Shown one piece after another: positions 1 to 9,220 of a stretch of 64,000 nucleotides of DNA (position 1 is the first letter of the stretch; each line of letters starts with the position of its first letter). The notes beneath the pieces were generated by a model, which saw only the letters and a list, made by a program, of their open reading frames with translations, ran no database searches and was not told where the DNA came from. Origin of the DNA: Escherichia coli (GTDB taxonomy: Bacteria; Pseudomonadota; Gammaproteobacteria; Enterobacterales; Enterobacteriaceae); the NCBI GenBank assembly GCA_002099625.1, contig GCA_002099625.1_4857.1. One strand, written 5' to 3'. Position numbers and translations under genes: made by a program.

Positions 1-257
1 CTCGGTGCGTATTCGGGGTCGCCTTTACCTTCCCAATAACCGACCGTTTGTGGATCGATGTAGAAGATTTCTTTTGCTTTTGCATCATTGGGGTCGATTT
101 TGTGGTAACATGAACCGATCATTTTCATTGTCGGAACATCGAATGCCACGTTTGCCAACGTTAAGATGTAGGCATCTGGACGTAAAGCCAGGGTCTCTAA
201 GTCCGTCCCAACAACAACGGTGGGCGTTAAAACAGGCAGAATTTTAGGATATGTCAT
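1..257 (-). CDS. partial CDS (N-terminal ~85 codons; gene continues past window start); possible DEDD-type 3'-5' exonuclease
   Basis: Minus-strand ATG near 257 preceded by GGAGAG RBS; translation MTYPKILPVLTPTVVVGTDLETLALRPDAYILTLANVAFDV... has a D-x-E (DLET) Exo-I-like motif; no stop before window edge; not in ORF track because truncated. Confidence 0.35.
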   Translation of the reverse strand, partial: MTYPKILPVLTPTVVVGTDLETLALRPDAYILTLANVAFDVPTMKMIGSCYHKIDPNDAKAKEIFYIDPQTVGYWEGKGDPEYAP

Positions 258-303
258 TTCAACTCTCCACGAGATTATATATCACACTATTGACTATTAA
301 CGT

Positions 304-340
304 AAAAAAGGAAATCCCCTCTTACCCGAAGGTAAGAGGG
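304..340 (-). terminator. rho-independent terminator (approx coords)
   Basis: 10-bp stem CCCTCTTACC/GGTAAGAGGG with CGAA loop, followed on the minus strand by a T-rich tract; directly after stop of lipoprotein gene. Confidence 0.5.
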
Positions 341-345
341 AGTTT

Positions 346-825
346 TCATTGCACAAGGCAACTACTTTTGTGCCGTTCGTAGGCATGATTAAAAGACTCT
401 CTGTCTTCGCGATAGCTGCGAATGAGAGACTTAATCTGTCGTGACAAATCACGACTAATGTCCTGAGGGCTACGAGAACCAGGGTCGAGATATATCCCGG
501 AGGGTATATCATGAAGAGTGGGGCGAATAAACTCTTCACAAAGCGGTGCGGCCATCGGGGTGCGCCACCCCTTAGCTTCTGCGTAATTGTTCAACGACTT
601 AGCGTACAGATAAACGTAATAAGCATAAGCGTTCACATCCGCAACAAACATTTTCCCTGCCAGCTTTTTCGCCTCAGGACTGTTCCCACCAGCATAAACT
701 GGTGGGTGTTCTAAAGGACGAAAAGGCCAATCTCCGGTTGAGGAGTAATCTGGGTCTACGTGACGGATGGCTCCAGGGCATCCTGTCAACAATAGCACCA
801 GTATCGCCACCAAAAATAACTTCAT
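346..825 (-). CDS. lipoprotein (candidate o-spanin-like / outer-membrane lipoprotein)
   Basis: N-terminus MKLFLVAILVLLLTGC with lipobox LTGC; GAGGAG RBS 6 nt upstream; start overlaps stop of upstream membrane-protein gene. Confidence 0.55.
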   Translation of the reverse strand: MKLFLVAILVLLLTGCPGAIRHVDPDYSSTGDWPFRPLEHPPVYAGGNSPEAKKLAGKMFVADVNAYAYYVYLYAKSLNNYAEAKGWRTPMAAPLCEEFIRPTLHDIPSGIYLDPGSRSPQDISRDLSRQIKSLIRSYREDRESFNHAYERHKSSCLVQ

Positions 826-834
826 GTATGCTCC

Positions 835-1350
835 TCATGGATTATTAAGCGTACTGATAATCTCCTGTCGGAAATCATTTGCCTCCTGCGACCCTACCGG
901 GCGAGAAGCGGCCTGGTATTTCTTGGCAGGTGGGCTAGACGGATTTAACGGTGCCGGCGGTGTTACCGGCTTGAGTTCTACAGGCGGAACCGCGGCCTCA
1001 GTGCCTGTTCCTGTTGGAGATTTGGTACCATCATATGGCGGTCGAGAACCCAGGCACGTGAAGAGACGATCGTACAACTTATTGTTCTCCACTTCGCCAT
1101 GATCGGACTTCTCTTTTAGCTCCTTATAGGATATCTCCAGATACTGAGTACGCGATTGAACGCTAACCAGTGTGTGGTATTGAACAATGTAGGCGTATGA
1201 GACAAATGCAGAGAACGCGATCAGTGCCACTATCACTAGTGTCACTATTTTCCCGGCTCGTGTTACTTTCTCCCCCTCGCCCGGTTTAAATGCTTCCCAC
1301 AGCATTTGTAAGAATGGAAGCAGTTTGAAAACTGATGCTATCATGCTCAC
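835..1350 (-). CDS. membrane protein with single TM and Pro-rich periplasmic tail (candidate i-spanin-like)
   Basis: Hydrophobic segment IVTLVIVALIAFSAFVSYAYIV, then charged helical region and PPAPLNPSSPP; GAGGTG RBS; translationally coupled to downstream lipoprotein; likely start at second Met (1344). Confidence 0.55.
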   Translation of the reverse strand: MSMIASVFKLLPFLQMLWEAFKPGEGEKVTRAGKIVTLVIVALIAFSAFVSYAYIVQYHTLVSVQSRTQYLEISYKELKEKSDHGEVENNKLYDRLFTCLGSRPPYDGTKSPTGTGTEAAVPPVELKPVTPPAPLNPSSPPAKKYQAASRPVGSQEANDFRQEIISTLNNP

Positions 1351-1368
1351 CTCGGAGAGTTTTTAATT

Positions 1369-2748
1369 ATGTATGATTTACAAGGCTTTATTCAAATAGC
1401 GGCTCTGATTGATAATGGCCCTGGCAACACCGCTCCGGTAGGTGAGTTGTCTGAGCTGTCATATTCGTTCGCTAAAAGCAAGCAGTATTTTACTAAAGAA
1501 AATCTGCAGGTGGAACTGGTTGCTTTTACTTCTAAACGTGACGAGTTGCCTATTAAGACCCCGGCCGTCTTTAGCGACCACGTTCTTACTGTTTCCCAAT
1601 GGATCTACCAACAGTCTATCCTGGGCAACTTAAGAAACGACGAAGTTGAATTCCAGCGTTTGCTGTTGGGGCAATTTAATAGTGTCATCAGCGGTGTTCA
1701 GTCTGGCGCGATGATTCAGACTAACAGTAACTGGTTCCCACGTTGGGTCAGTTGGAAACTTGAAACCACAGCAGATAAAGTCGAAGACCCATCTGATGTG
1801 AATAACCAGATTATTCTCTGGTTTGCTGATGAAGATTTCAATCAGGACTATACCGGATTTGAAATTGAAGTCCAAATGCCGATATTACCGGTTGATACTT
1901 TCTTGGCTGTGAAATCTGTAGTCGAAAAGGCAATGGAAGGGTTCAACCTTCCGGATCACCATAATAAGATTAACGAATTAGCTGACGGTTATCCGTACAC
2001 TAGCCTGATTACTAACATCTATACTTGGCACGACCAGGAAGACTTTGATTCCACCTTACCGATACCGATGTCGGCTATCATCTACGGACGCGCGGGTCGT
2101 AACCCGAGCAGGATTAAACAAGCGTTGCGTGATTACATTTTGGCAAACTCCAGTTTTACTGTGGCGTTGGGTGTCAAGGTGTTCCCAGAAATCTTTACGA
2201 CCACCAAGTTCACAATTGTTCCGGGTTGGTCAATTCGTGGGATTCCAAATGAGGAAGACGTTGCGGCATTATACTCGCCGATTCTCCCATATGATTTCTG
2301 GGTCAAAGCAATCTCCCGATTTGGGGAGTGGACTGTTCAAACCATTACGGAAAAAAATAGTGGAGCAATCTCAACTCCAACTACCGATGTAACGGATTTA
2401 CCGTCCATCTATAAATCACTAAACGCTGTAGTTATCGCAGGCCCTGAAAACGATTCACGCAAAACGACCCTGCACGATACGATTCCCGACTACGCATTAA
2501 TCGGCACTAACAATGCAGATATTGCGAGAATGTCGAAGAAAACCACCGAGTGGCTGGACCTGTTCTTCCAGGCGTTAATCGCAGCGGAAGAGTATCACCC
2601 ACATTCCACCCCGCTGGATATCGTGAAGCTCGTAGACGACGTTGATCCTAATGTTTACTTCTACGTCTTCGAATTCGATAACGTGGAGTATCGTGTCTTG
2701 GCCCGCAAAGCTGTTTGGGATGTCCCTGCGGCAGAGCCAGAAGCCTAA
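1369..2748 (+). CDS. hypothetical protein (459 aa)
   Basis: Long ORF, GGAGAG RBS ~8 nt upstream of ATG, tightly followed by next gene. Confidence 0.7.
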   Translation: MYDLQGFIQIAALIDNGPGNTAPVGELSELSYSFAKSKQYFTKENLQVELVAFTSKRDELPIKTPAVFSDHVLTVSQWIYQQSILGNLRNDEVEFQRLLLGQFNSVISGVQSGAMIQTNSNWFPRWVSWKLETTADKVEDPSDVNNQIILWFADEDFNQDYTGFEIEVQMPILPVDTFLAVKSVVEKAMEGFNLPDHHNKINELADGYPYTSLITNIYTWHDQEDFDSTLPIPMSAIIYGRAGRNPSRIKQALRDYILANSSFTVALGVKVFPEIFTTTKFTIVPGWSIRGIPNEEDVAALYSPILPYDFWVKAISRFGEWTVQTITEKNSGAISTPTTDVTDLPSIYKSLNAVVIAGPENDSRKTTLHDTIPDYALIGTNNADIARMSKKTTEWLDLFFQALIAAEEYHPHSTPLDIVKLVDDVDPNVYFYVFEFDNVEYRVLARKAVWDVPAAEPEA

Positions 2749-2758
2749 GGAGGGTTAA

Positions 2759-3382
2759 ATGGCACAACTGTTGCCTAACACGCCTCAGGTTAACCTTGAG
2801 GGGTTGTTCAAGGTTAAGGCACCTTATACGTTGCCGGATAAAGTGATTTATCGTGTTGACGCGGTACAGAACTTTCCGAAACTCCAACGTAACAACATTG
2901 ACGTTTATAACAAGTATTATAAACCTGTCGGCCTAACTCGTGACGACTATATCAGCGACGCTAATGTCGAAGCCTCGATTGTAACATTAAAGTCGAGGGA
3001 CGGTCAAGTCTACGAGTTGCCTGATACGTACATTGAGACGTATCCTGGACTGAACGGGTTAAATTATAGACGCAATGTGGTGGTTATTGACCTGGCATTA
3101 ATACCCGAATACGTCGATGTCACACTGCTAACGAACGACCTGAAAAGCATCTTAGAACGCGGTTTAGGAATCGATGCACGTGTGGACATCACATCGATGG
3201 ATTACGAAGGGACGGTGACGGAAGAAGAACACTTGCAAATGGAAGCGGTGCGTAAAGCCAAAATCCGTGAGCAGATTCCTCTGACAGAACAAGTTGCAAC
3301 ACTCACTAAGCAGAATCAAGAACTGCAGGCGTTGAATGATGCGATGTTGAAAATCCTGAAAGATAATGGGTTAACAAATTAA
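2759..3382 (+). CDS. hypothetical protein with C-terminal coiled coil (207 aa)
   Basis: Strong RBS AAGGAGGG before ATG; C-terminus heptad-like (LTEQVATLTKQNQELQALNDAMLKILK); followed by terminator. Confidence 0.7.
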   Translation: MAQLLPNTPQVNLEGLFKVKAPYTLPDKVIYRVDAVQNFPKLQRNNIDVYNKYYKPVGLTRDDYISDANVEASIVTLKSRDGQVYELPDTYIETYPGLNGLNYRRNVVVIDLALIPEYVDVTLLTNDLKSILERGLGIDARVDITSMDYEGTVTEEEHLQMEAVRKAKIREQIPLTEQVATLTKQNQELQALNDAMLKILKDNGLTN

Positions 3383-3394
3383 AGAAAAAAAGAA

Positions 3395-3436
3395 CTACCT
3401 ACTCCCAAGGGAGTAGGTAGGCTTTTATTTTTTTAT
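3395..3436. terminator. bidirectional rho-independent terminator (approx coords)
   Basis: Stem CTACCTACTCCC/GGGAGTAGGTAG with AAGG loop flanked by A-run upstream and T-run downstream; sits between convergent genes. Confidence 0.65.
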
Positions 3437-3440
3437 CGCA

Positions 3441-4574
3441 TTACTTGCCGATGATATCGCGGACCATTGCTTTGATTGTGGCAGCGGTACGTTTCTTTTT
3501 CGGCAGCTTGCGGATTTCTGCGTACAGTTTATCCAGGTTCAGCGTTTTCTGTACCTGCGCAACAATCTGCATTTGCTCTTCGTCGATCTTCACTTCGACG
3601 GTTTGTTCCTGCATTTTGCCCAGTTCCTGAATCACACTGGAAACCGATACCGGATAAGCTGTTGATTTTGGACGTTCGATACCGAGGGTGACAAAGATTT
3701 CGTCGTCAATAAACACATTTTCGATATCAACCAAGTTTTCCAGAATGATTTCATCGTGGCCTTCATCTTCCGACGCATTCGGGTATGGACGTTTGTAGGT
3801 GTAATCCCACACGTCATAACCGAGTTTATCTGCGAGTTGTACGAAACCTTCCCAGGTTACTTCGCCGGGGTTGATAGTCTGACCACGGAAACCGGGGTTG
3901 GCCGTAAAGACTTTCACCCAGTCGATGTTCGCGATGTTACGGCACTCTTCCAGCGGCGCGTAACGATCTCCCACTTCGTCATTGTCAGTCTCTTCAACAT
4001 GCTCTGCTTCACAACGCTCGAAAGTAACTGAGTGTGGTTTACCGTCACCGAAGATAACGGAGGCAGCACGCCAGTCTTCGATAGTCCACTGGACATGAGT
4101 CAATTCAATGTAACAATGCCCAACCTTAGCACGGCCCTGTGGGGCACTTACTGGTTTAATCAACTCACCTGGTTCGAAGAAGAATCCGTCAGAATGTGCA
4201 ATGGCATACCAGACACCATCAACACCTTCAACGAGAATAGACCAGTTATAAGGCGCGTGGCAATTTTGGAAAGCTACGCCCAGCATACTTCCCCAACGGT
4301 CATCTGGCGAATATTTCAGTGGCGGCAGGTTATCAAACTGAAGAGTTTGAGAAGAAAGGCACAACTTATTACGCAGGTGCGGCAGCGGCAGATAAGCCTC
4401 CACATTGTTATCGACCAGCGCATTGTAAAGATCCGGGTTGATAACACCGGTGCCAGTGACGTGTTGTGCAATCAGAGCTTCTGAATATGCACGAATACCC
4501 TCGTAGCTAAGCACATACGCACGGTCACGTACTACACGAGCCATATCTTCGATTACGGAAATTGGAAATTGCAT
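3441..4574 (-). CDS. hypothetical protein (377 aa from internal ATG)
   Basis: Track ORF 3441..4598 begins with a non-ATG codon; ATG at Met9 (MQFPISV...) has AAGGAC RBS; long acidic protein of unknown function. Confidence 0.65.
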   Translation of the reverse strand: MQFPISVIEDMARVVRDRAYVLSYEGIRAYSEALIAQHVTGTGVINPDLYNALVDNNVEAYLPLPHLRNKLCLSSQTLQFDNLPPLKYSPDDRWGSMLGVAFQNCHAPYNWSILVEGVDGVWYAIAHSDGFFFEPGELIKPVSAPQGRAKVGHCYIELTHVQWTIEDWRAASVIFGDGKPHSVTFERCEAEHVEETDNDEVGDRYAPLEECRNIANIDWVKVFTANPGFRGQTINPGEVTWEGFVQLADKLGYDVWDYTYKRPYPNASEDEGHDEIILENLVDIENVFIDDEIFVTLGIERPKSTAYPVSVSSVIQELGKMQEQTVEVKIDEEQMQIVAQVQKTLNLDKLYAEIRKLPKKKRTAATIKAMVRDIIGK

Positions 4575-4634
4575 GTTAATAGTCCTTATAAAAGTCAATG
4601 GTATTTTCAGATGATTAGTTACTGCTGTAAAAAA

Positions 4635-4901
4635 CTAGTTACGGTCGGAATTAAAGACGTGCCAGGTACTACGCCAGCGAAAGAATCGGGTTATGAAACC
4701 ACGTATGTGGTAGCCTGAGAACAACATCCAGATGGTAAGAAAGAGTTGCGCCCATGGAGACGTGAGTTCCATCAGATGCGCGACGATCGCACCGATCACC
4801 AACATTACCGTAGAGAATAACAAACTATACATCATCGGAATGTTGTGGCTATAGCGTTTCTCCATCCAGTAGAGAAAATTTATTAAACGTTTCACGAACA
4901 C
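4635..4901 (-). CDS. small membrane protein (two predicted TM helices)
   Basis: 88 aa with hydrophobic stretches LLFSTVMLVIGAIVAHL and LFLTIWMLFSGY; lies between a terminator and the next gene. Confidence 0.4.
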   Translation of the reverse strand: MFVKRLINFLYWMEKRYSHNIPMMYSLLFSTVMLVIGAIVAHLMELTSPWAQLFLTIWMLFSGYHIRGFITRFFRWRSTWHVFNSDRN

Positions 4902-4910
4902 ACACCCAAG

Positions 4911-4947
4911 AATTAAATAAAAGGTGGTCAGACCCGAAGGTCTGACC
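4911..4947 (-). terminator. rho-independent terminator (approx coords)
   Basis: Stem GGTCAGACC/GGTCTGACC, loop CGAA, followed on minus strand by T-rich TTTTATTTAATT. Confidence 0.5.
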
Positions 4948-4952
4948 GTTAA

Positions 4953-5546
4953 TTACGCTTCGGCCTCAAAGAACGGCTGGTTCGGTACCACTGCATATTC
5001 GAGCACGAAAAGATGTTCTGGGGCATCTTCTGCTCGCCACAGTTTGTGGCACGTTGCCAGTTTTTCCAGGATGGTCAACCAGCTGAGCTGGCAGAAAGCA
5101 CGATCGCCGAAGAACAGTTTCTGCAGTGCAATCGACACATCCATATACGCCTGTTTGAAGTCGAGTTCTTTATCGTAACCCGCCGACTGTCGCCACGTCA
5201 GCACGAAGCCTGCTTCGGTTTCGTTAATTGCTGGACGTAAACCACAAATCCACATCAGCGCCAGATTAACGTTCCAGTCGAATTCGATACCTTCGTCTTC
5301 GTCATCACCAAACGCCGCGTTTAACGCGTCGTAGAAACCGTGGTTCTCTGCGAACCATTCGCCGTACTCAACGTAGACAGGTGCTTCGACAGCTTCCCCA
5401 TCGGCTTCACCGATAGGACGCTCAACGTAGTTCGGATTGGTTTGAACGTGTTCCGCACCCGCGCGAATCAGTTCGTAAACGTCTTTGGCGGTGATTTGTG
5501 CGGCTGTTTTAAGACCTGGATACCAGGGGCGTGTTACGAGTGTCAA
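4953..5546 (-). CDS. hypothetical acidic protein (197 aa)
   Basis: ORF with AAAGGAG RBS 6 nt before a probable TTG start; overlaps stop of upstream gene by 4 nt. Confidence 0.55.
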   Translation of the reverse strand: MTLVTRPWYPGLKTAAQITAKDVYELIRAGAEHVQTNPNYVERPIGEADGEAVEAPVYVEYGEWFAENHGFYDALNAAFGDDEDEGIEFDWNVNLALMWICGLRPAINETEAGFVLTWRQSAGYDKELDFKQAYMDVSIALQKLFFGDRAFCQLSWLTILEKLATCHKLWRAEDAPEHLFVLEYAVVPNQPFFEAEA

Positions 5547-6265
5547 AGCAATGCTCCTTTCATGATAGTGTTATTTGCCAGTAATGTACCGGCCGCAGGT
5601 GATATTTTGGTGTACAGCGTATCCCAGATTTTCTGAAGTTCGGCGACGCGTTGGTCGTGGTCTTCCTTCGCAAAAGCAAGCTGACGTGTTTCAGCTTTCG
5701 GTGGTGTCATTTTCGCACCGTAGAATGCTGCGTCTTTTCGGTAGCTGGCCATCCAGCGTTTCCCGACCGGTGATTTCTTTTTAATCATCGCAACAGCAGC
5801 ACCCTCACCGAAGCGGTAGCCTAAAGCGATTTCGGCTGTGCTCGGCTTGCGTTTGAGTTGTTTTGTCAGATGATCCTCGATGTGTTTCATGTAAACGGCA
5901 GCAAGCTGTACAGCATACTTCGGTTTATTAAGGTCCGCATTCTTTGGGATGTTAAGTTGTTTCCCATACAGACGTATCATGGAGCGTTTAGTGCCTGTCG
6001 TCATTTGGACAACACTACTAGCACTGCTCGATTTATTCTTACCCACGTTTTTATTAAAACGGGATTCACGATAAATGGTGGTCGCGAGCATCCCGGCATG
6101 TACGCCTTGTTTTCGAGATGCGGTGACGATGAGAGGTTTAATCTCATTGAACTGGTCCTGGATAAGGACGAATTCTTTTTGGTGTTTGTTACTGGTGGTC
6201 TGGTAAGAAGCGTTGCTGTTGAACGTAGTCATTGCTACCAGAAGAAATAAAATGGTGCGAAACAT
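5543..6265 (-). CDS. secreted lytic transglycosylase-like protein (SLT-domain candidate)
   Basis: Signal-peptide-like N-terminus MFRTILFLLVAMTTFNSNA; motif IYRESRFN resembling the SLT catalytic E-S-x-F/W-N block; GGAGA RBS. Confidence 0.5.
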   Translation of the reverse strand: MFRTILFLLVAMTTFNSNASYQTTSNKHQKEFVLIQDQFNEIKPLIVTASRKQGVHAGMLATTIYRESRFNKNVGKNKSSSASSVVQMTTGTKRSMIRLYGKQLNIPKNADLNKPKYAVQLAAVYMKHIEDHLTKQLKRKPSTAEIALGYRFGEGAAVAMIKKKSPVGKRWMASYRKDAAFYGAKMTPPKAETRQLAFAKEDHDQRVAELQKIWDTLYTKISPAAGTLLANNTIMKGALL

Positions 6266-6364
6266 GGATGTATCTCCAAACGGATTTATACTTTTCCGTT
6301 CCCAATCCGGGAAGACGGCGCGGACGGCATTGTGCTCCTTTGTAATGTGCCCTGATGATAATAT

Positions 6365-6865
6365 CTATTTGAAACTATTTGGGATGATTTTCTCTGCTTC
6401 CTTTAGCAGTGTGTCCGGTAAATAGAATCGATAAGTCTGCTCCGTGTGTTGTAGTCGTTTCTGTAAGTGTATAAAGATTTCCAATCGCTCATGGTAACGT
6501 AACCAACCGTTAGCCATCCCTAGGGGCGGTATCGCAATCCCTCCTTCTAAGTCTTCCCCTAGTCGCGCCAGCGCATCAATGCCGGACGTGACATAGTAAA
6601 TCTGCGATTTATAGCGAAAATGGGTTTTAGTAGGAAGGAGTATTACCCCTTCCTCAGGATAACAATAGACCTCACCGATAACGATTTGCTCTTTACGACA
6701 TTTCTGGCGATAGTCATTATAAAGCGATGGGAAGCGTTCTCGGCACGCCAAAGCAATGCCCCTTCCCATTGCACCAACACAGTTAACTGTAACGACCTTG
6801 AAGCGCTCAGGCGCGTTAAACAAGTCGTGGGAGATAACGGCCTCGTCGATCAGTTCGAGTGACAT
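6365..6865 (-). CDS. macro-domain-like protein (candidate ADP-ribose binding/hydrolase)
   Basis: 166 aa; KVVTVNCVGAMGRGIALA resembles the macro-domain V-N-A-A-N...G-G-G-V block; assignment by eye only. Confidence 0.4.
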   Translation of the reverse strand: MSLELIDEAVISHDLFNAPERFKVVTVNCVGAMGRGIALACRERFPSLYNDYRQKCRKEQIVIGEVYCYPEEGVILLPTKTHFRYKSQIYYVTSGIDALARLGEDLEGGIAIPPLGMANGWLRYHERLEIFIHLQKRLQHTEQTYRFYLPDTLLKEAEKIIPNSFK

Positions 6866-7064
6866 CTATTGCCATACCCCATTGTGAAATAACCGGAGAC
6901 TGAAGCAACGATTCCAGCTCAGTAAGAACTCTGGCTTTTGCTTCTTCGCGCAACTTACGGACTTCCGGGTCAGGTTTTCCTGCGCCCAAATATTGGGGTT
7001 CTGTTTGTGGGGTAGGGAAGCCACAGAAAGAACCAACCGTTATTCCGATGATTGTTTTTTGCAT
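6816..7064 (-). CDS. hypothetical small protein (82 aa)
   Basis: Start abuts stop of upstream gene with AAGGAA RBS; 3' end overlaps macro-like gene by ~50 nt. Confidence 0.4.
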   Translation of the reverse strand: MQKTIIGITVGSFCGFPTPQTEPQYLGAGKPDPEVRKLREEAKARVLTELESLLQSPVISQWGMAIDVTRTDRRGRYLPRLV

Positions 7065-7487
7065 TTAGCTATTCCTTTTCACCCAGGCTTGTACCGCTGA
7101 CTCGAAACCTTCGTGTTCGATACCGAGTCGTTTCATTGCCAACATAGTGTTGAGGCTATTCGTAATTTCTTCACGGTAGCGATGGTCGTCCATCTTACGC
7201 CAACACTTCTCCGGGTCAACACCTAGGCGTTGGAGTAGATACGCCTCACGCACCATACCAGGCCGCCAGAACTTAGGACGGGTAATCGCAATTTCAATCA
7301 TCGGCGTCATGTCCAATGTGTGCGCGAGAATACTAACCGGCGTTTCCCCAACTTTATCACGTAGCGCTAAACGTAACCACCACTGAACATTTGCTTTGGT
7401 TTCAGGTAACAGGTCGTAGAATAAGGCTGTTTCTTCTTCTGATAAATGATCGTATAGTGATTTTGTTTCGCGAATAGCGGTAACCAT
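7065..7487 (-). CDS. hypothetical protein (140 aa)
   Basis: ORF in same-strand packed operon. Confidence 0.6.
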   Translation of the reverse strand: MVTAIRETKSLYDHLSEEETALFYDLLPETKANVQWWLRLALRDKVGETPVSILAHTLDMTPMIEIAITRPKFWRPGMVREAYLLQRLGVDPEKCWRKMDDHRYREEITNSLNTMLAMKRLGIEHEGFESAVQAWVKRNS

Positions 7488-7498
7488 TTTAATGCTCC

Positions 7499-7762
7499 TT
7501 AGGGTAAAGTTGCCTCCCAGTCGTGGTGGTGAGGCTCAGGCAGCGTACCAAGCGCTGCTTTAATACACGTACTCAGCGGAGTATCATCGAACGCAACACG
7601 CCCGATAGTACCCACGTTGATGTGTTTAGGATTTACGGGTAAGAACTCCTTCACCCGCTCGTACTCAGCCCAACAGACATCGGTGTTTAAAGCTGAAAAC
7701 CCAGGACGGTGAAACATAAATAGCACTCCTCGCGTAAAAATACCCCACTCATAGTGAGGCAT
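7499..7762 (-). CDS. hypothetical protein (87 aa)
   Basis: ORF in packed minus-strand operon. Confidence 0.5.
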   Translation of the reverse strand: MPHYEWGIFTRGVLFMFHRPGFSALNTDVCWAEYERVKEFLPVNPKHINVGTIGRVAFDDTPLSTCIKAALGTLPEPHHHDWEATLP

Positions 7763-7787
7763 AATCGTAAGGAGTGCTAAAACAGGA

Positions 7788-8303
7788 CTATGCTACCGCA
7801 GTCCTTAAAGGTTCATCTGCTTCCGCAGGAACCTGCTTCTTAAATTCAAGCCATTGTCCGTCTGTAGAGACGGTCTTGTCAAAACCGCGAGCGGTAAAGA
7901 ACGCAATACCAGCTTCCTGGCAAGCGTATATTCCCCCATGCGCACTGGTGAACTGTTCATTCACATCAAGCGCATCAAAAATCTGCGTCATCGTTTTACG
8001 ACGGCGTGCCATTTCAGACACGAACATCGTACGAATCTTCAGAACCCCAGCGATTACGCGATACAAACAGTAACCAACAGGGGTGCCCCCTTCCAGAGCA
8101 ACGCAAGCACGGTTCCCCGCCAACAGTTTCTCCAGAGTGAGGTTCGGAATCTCACCTTTTTCGATATGGAGTATGGTACGTTGGTGGTTCAGAAATTTAT
8201 AATGCAGCCCCAACAGCTGTTTATTTTGTGCTTCCGTTAAATCTGAAGATGAGGAAAGAATGACAATTTCGGCCATGAGCTGAATTCCTAAGTGAGCTTT
8301 CAC
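7788..8303 (-). CDS. hypothetical protein (171 aa; possibly starts at Met10, 8276)
   Basis: Minus ORF consistent with operon direction; first codon appears to be GTG; internal ATG at Met10 has AGGAA RBS. Confidence 0.55.
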   Translation of the reverse strand: MKAHLGIQLMAEIVILSSSSDLTEAQNKQLLGLHYKFLNHQRTILHIEKGEIPNLTLEKLLAGNRACVALEGGTPVGYCLYRVIAGVLKIRTMFVSEMARRRKTMTQIFDALDVNEQFTSAHGGIYACQEAGIAFFTARGFDKTVSTDGQWLEFKKQVPAEADEPLRTAVA

Positions 8304-8422
8304 CTGCGATGAAAGCGAGTAACGAAGAATTGCGTTTGTGTTTTCTTAAGTTTACCGGTAAAGCTTAGCGGTGTATACCGCTGCAGGTAAAGACCAGTTC
8401 TCTATCGGAACCGTGTCTTTAA

Positions 8423-8701
8423 TCAGCAACGTCGTTGAAAACGTCGCGATGCTGAGGTAACCTTCCGTCGCCACATTCGCTCATGGCGCTTCTGATTACC
8501 ACGCCAGTCTTCCCCGACTGTGCGTGAAACTGCAAAATCGTCCGGCCCGCAGACTTCCGCGATGTCTGCTAGAAGGTTCTTTGAAGACCCTATAGCCATC
8601 CCCACGCTCGAAAGAACGATACGCCGGGTTGGCTCGGCCGCCCCTGAACCCACGACCACGGGATCAGAGACTGTTTCACTGTCACATGATACTTCTCCCA
8701 C
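8423..8701 (-). CDS. hypothetical small protein (92 aa)
   Basis: GGAGGG RBS ~10 nt upstream of probable GTG start; basic C-terminus. Confidence 0.35.
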   Translation of the reverse strand: MGEVSCDSETVSDPVVVGSGAAEPTRRIVLSSVGMAIGSSKNLLADIAEVCGPDDFAVSRTVGEDWRGNQKRHERMWRRKVTSASRRFQRRC

Positions 8702-8929
8702 TTCGTAATTACCCTCCTGTTAAAACCAACCTTGCGTCAATGCAAGGATTGCGCCTAGGGCGTATGCGCCTGCTCCTAGTACCAGGCTACAGATGATACA
8801 CCCAACCCACTTCACTAAAATAACCATGATGCCAGAAATGCTCCGATTGCACAGATGATAATCGTAATGCCAAGGTCTGTCCAGGTGGTACCATCATACG
8901 CACCTGTTGCAATCATGGCTGCGTTGACA

Positions 8930-9133
8930 CTATTCACGACTGTCATAAGCCGGGTCCCTTAAACGCGGGGGCTTGCTCCACAGATTACCGAAGTAAACCC
9001 CTTCTAAGAACACCAAAACAACTAAGCCCCAGAAGGCAGGCGTGGCACGAGACAAGAAAATGCCCATCAGCACTACAGTGTGCATTACCACAACTGCCCA
9101 AAACTTTAAACGACCCGGTTTACGTGTTGCCAT
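8930..9133 (-). CDS. small membrane protein (67 aa from internal ATG)
   Basis: Track ORF 8930..9178 begins GTG; Met16 ATG has AAGGA RBS; two hydrophobic helices (FWAVVVMHTVVLMGIFL, FWGLVVLVFLEGVYF). Confidence 0.45.
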   Translation of the reverse strand: MATRKPGRLKFWAVVVMHTVVLMGIFLSRATPAFWGLVVLVFLEGVYFGNLWSKPPRLRDPAYDSRE

Positions 9134-9220
9134 GGAATGCCCATCCTTTCGTGCGGATAATCCAACCCCAGGCACCACGAATCAACCACAGTGCGATACC
9201 GGTTAGTACGATACCTTCAA

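Noticed and set aside
5-247. Plus-strand ORF (80 aa, Arg-rich low complexity)
   Set aside because: Antisense to a well-supported minus-strand partial gene (RBS, exonuclease-like motif); composition looks like a translation artefact.
297-1102. ORFs 297..539 (-), 511..714 (+), 767..1102 (+)
   Set aside because: Overlap the lipoprotein and membrane-protein genes in other frames or strands; no RBS; low-complexity products.
3441-4574. Thymidylate synthase / dUMP hydroxymethylase-like assignment for the 377-aa protein
   Set aside because: Only a vague resemblance (FQNCHAPYNW versus the ThyA P-C-H...F-Q-F-Y block), wrong motif order and size; left as hypothetical.
7774-8240. Plus-strand ORFs 7774..8073 and 7854..8240
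   Set aside because: Antisense to minus ORF 7788..8303, which fits the operon direction; the plus ATG after the AAGGAG-like sequence gives only a 17-codon ORF.
8360-8385. Short hairpin AGCGGT-GTAT-ACCGCT as a terminator
   Set aside because: Only a 6-bp stem with no T-run; likely incidental.
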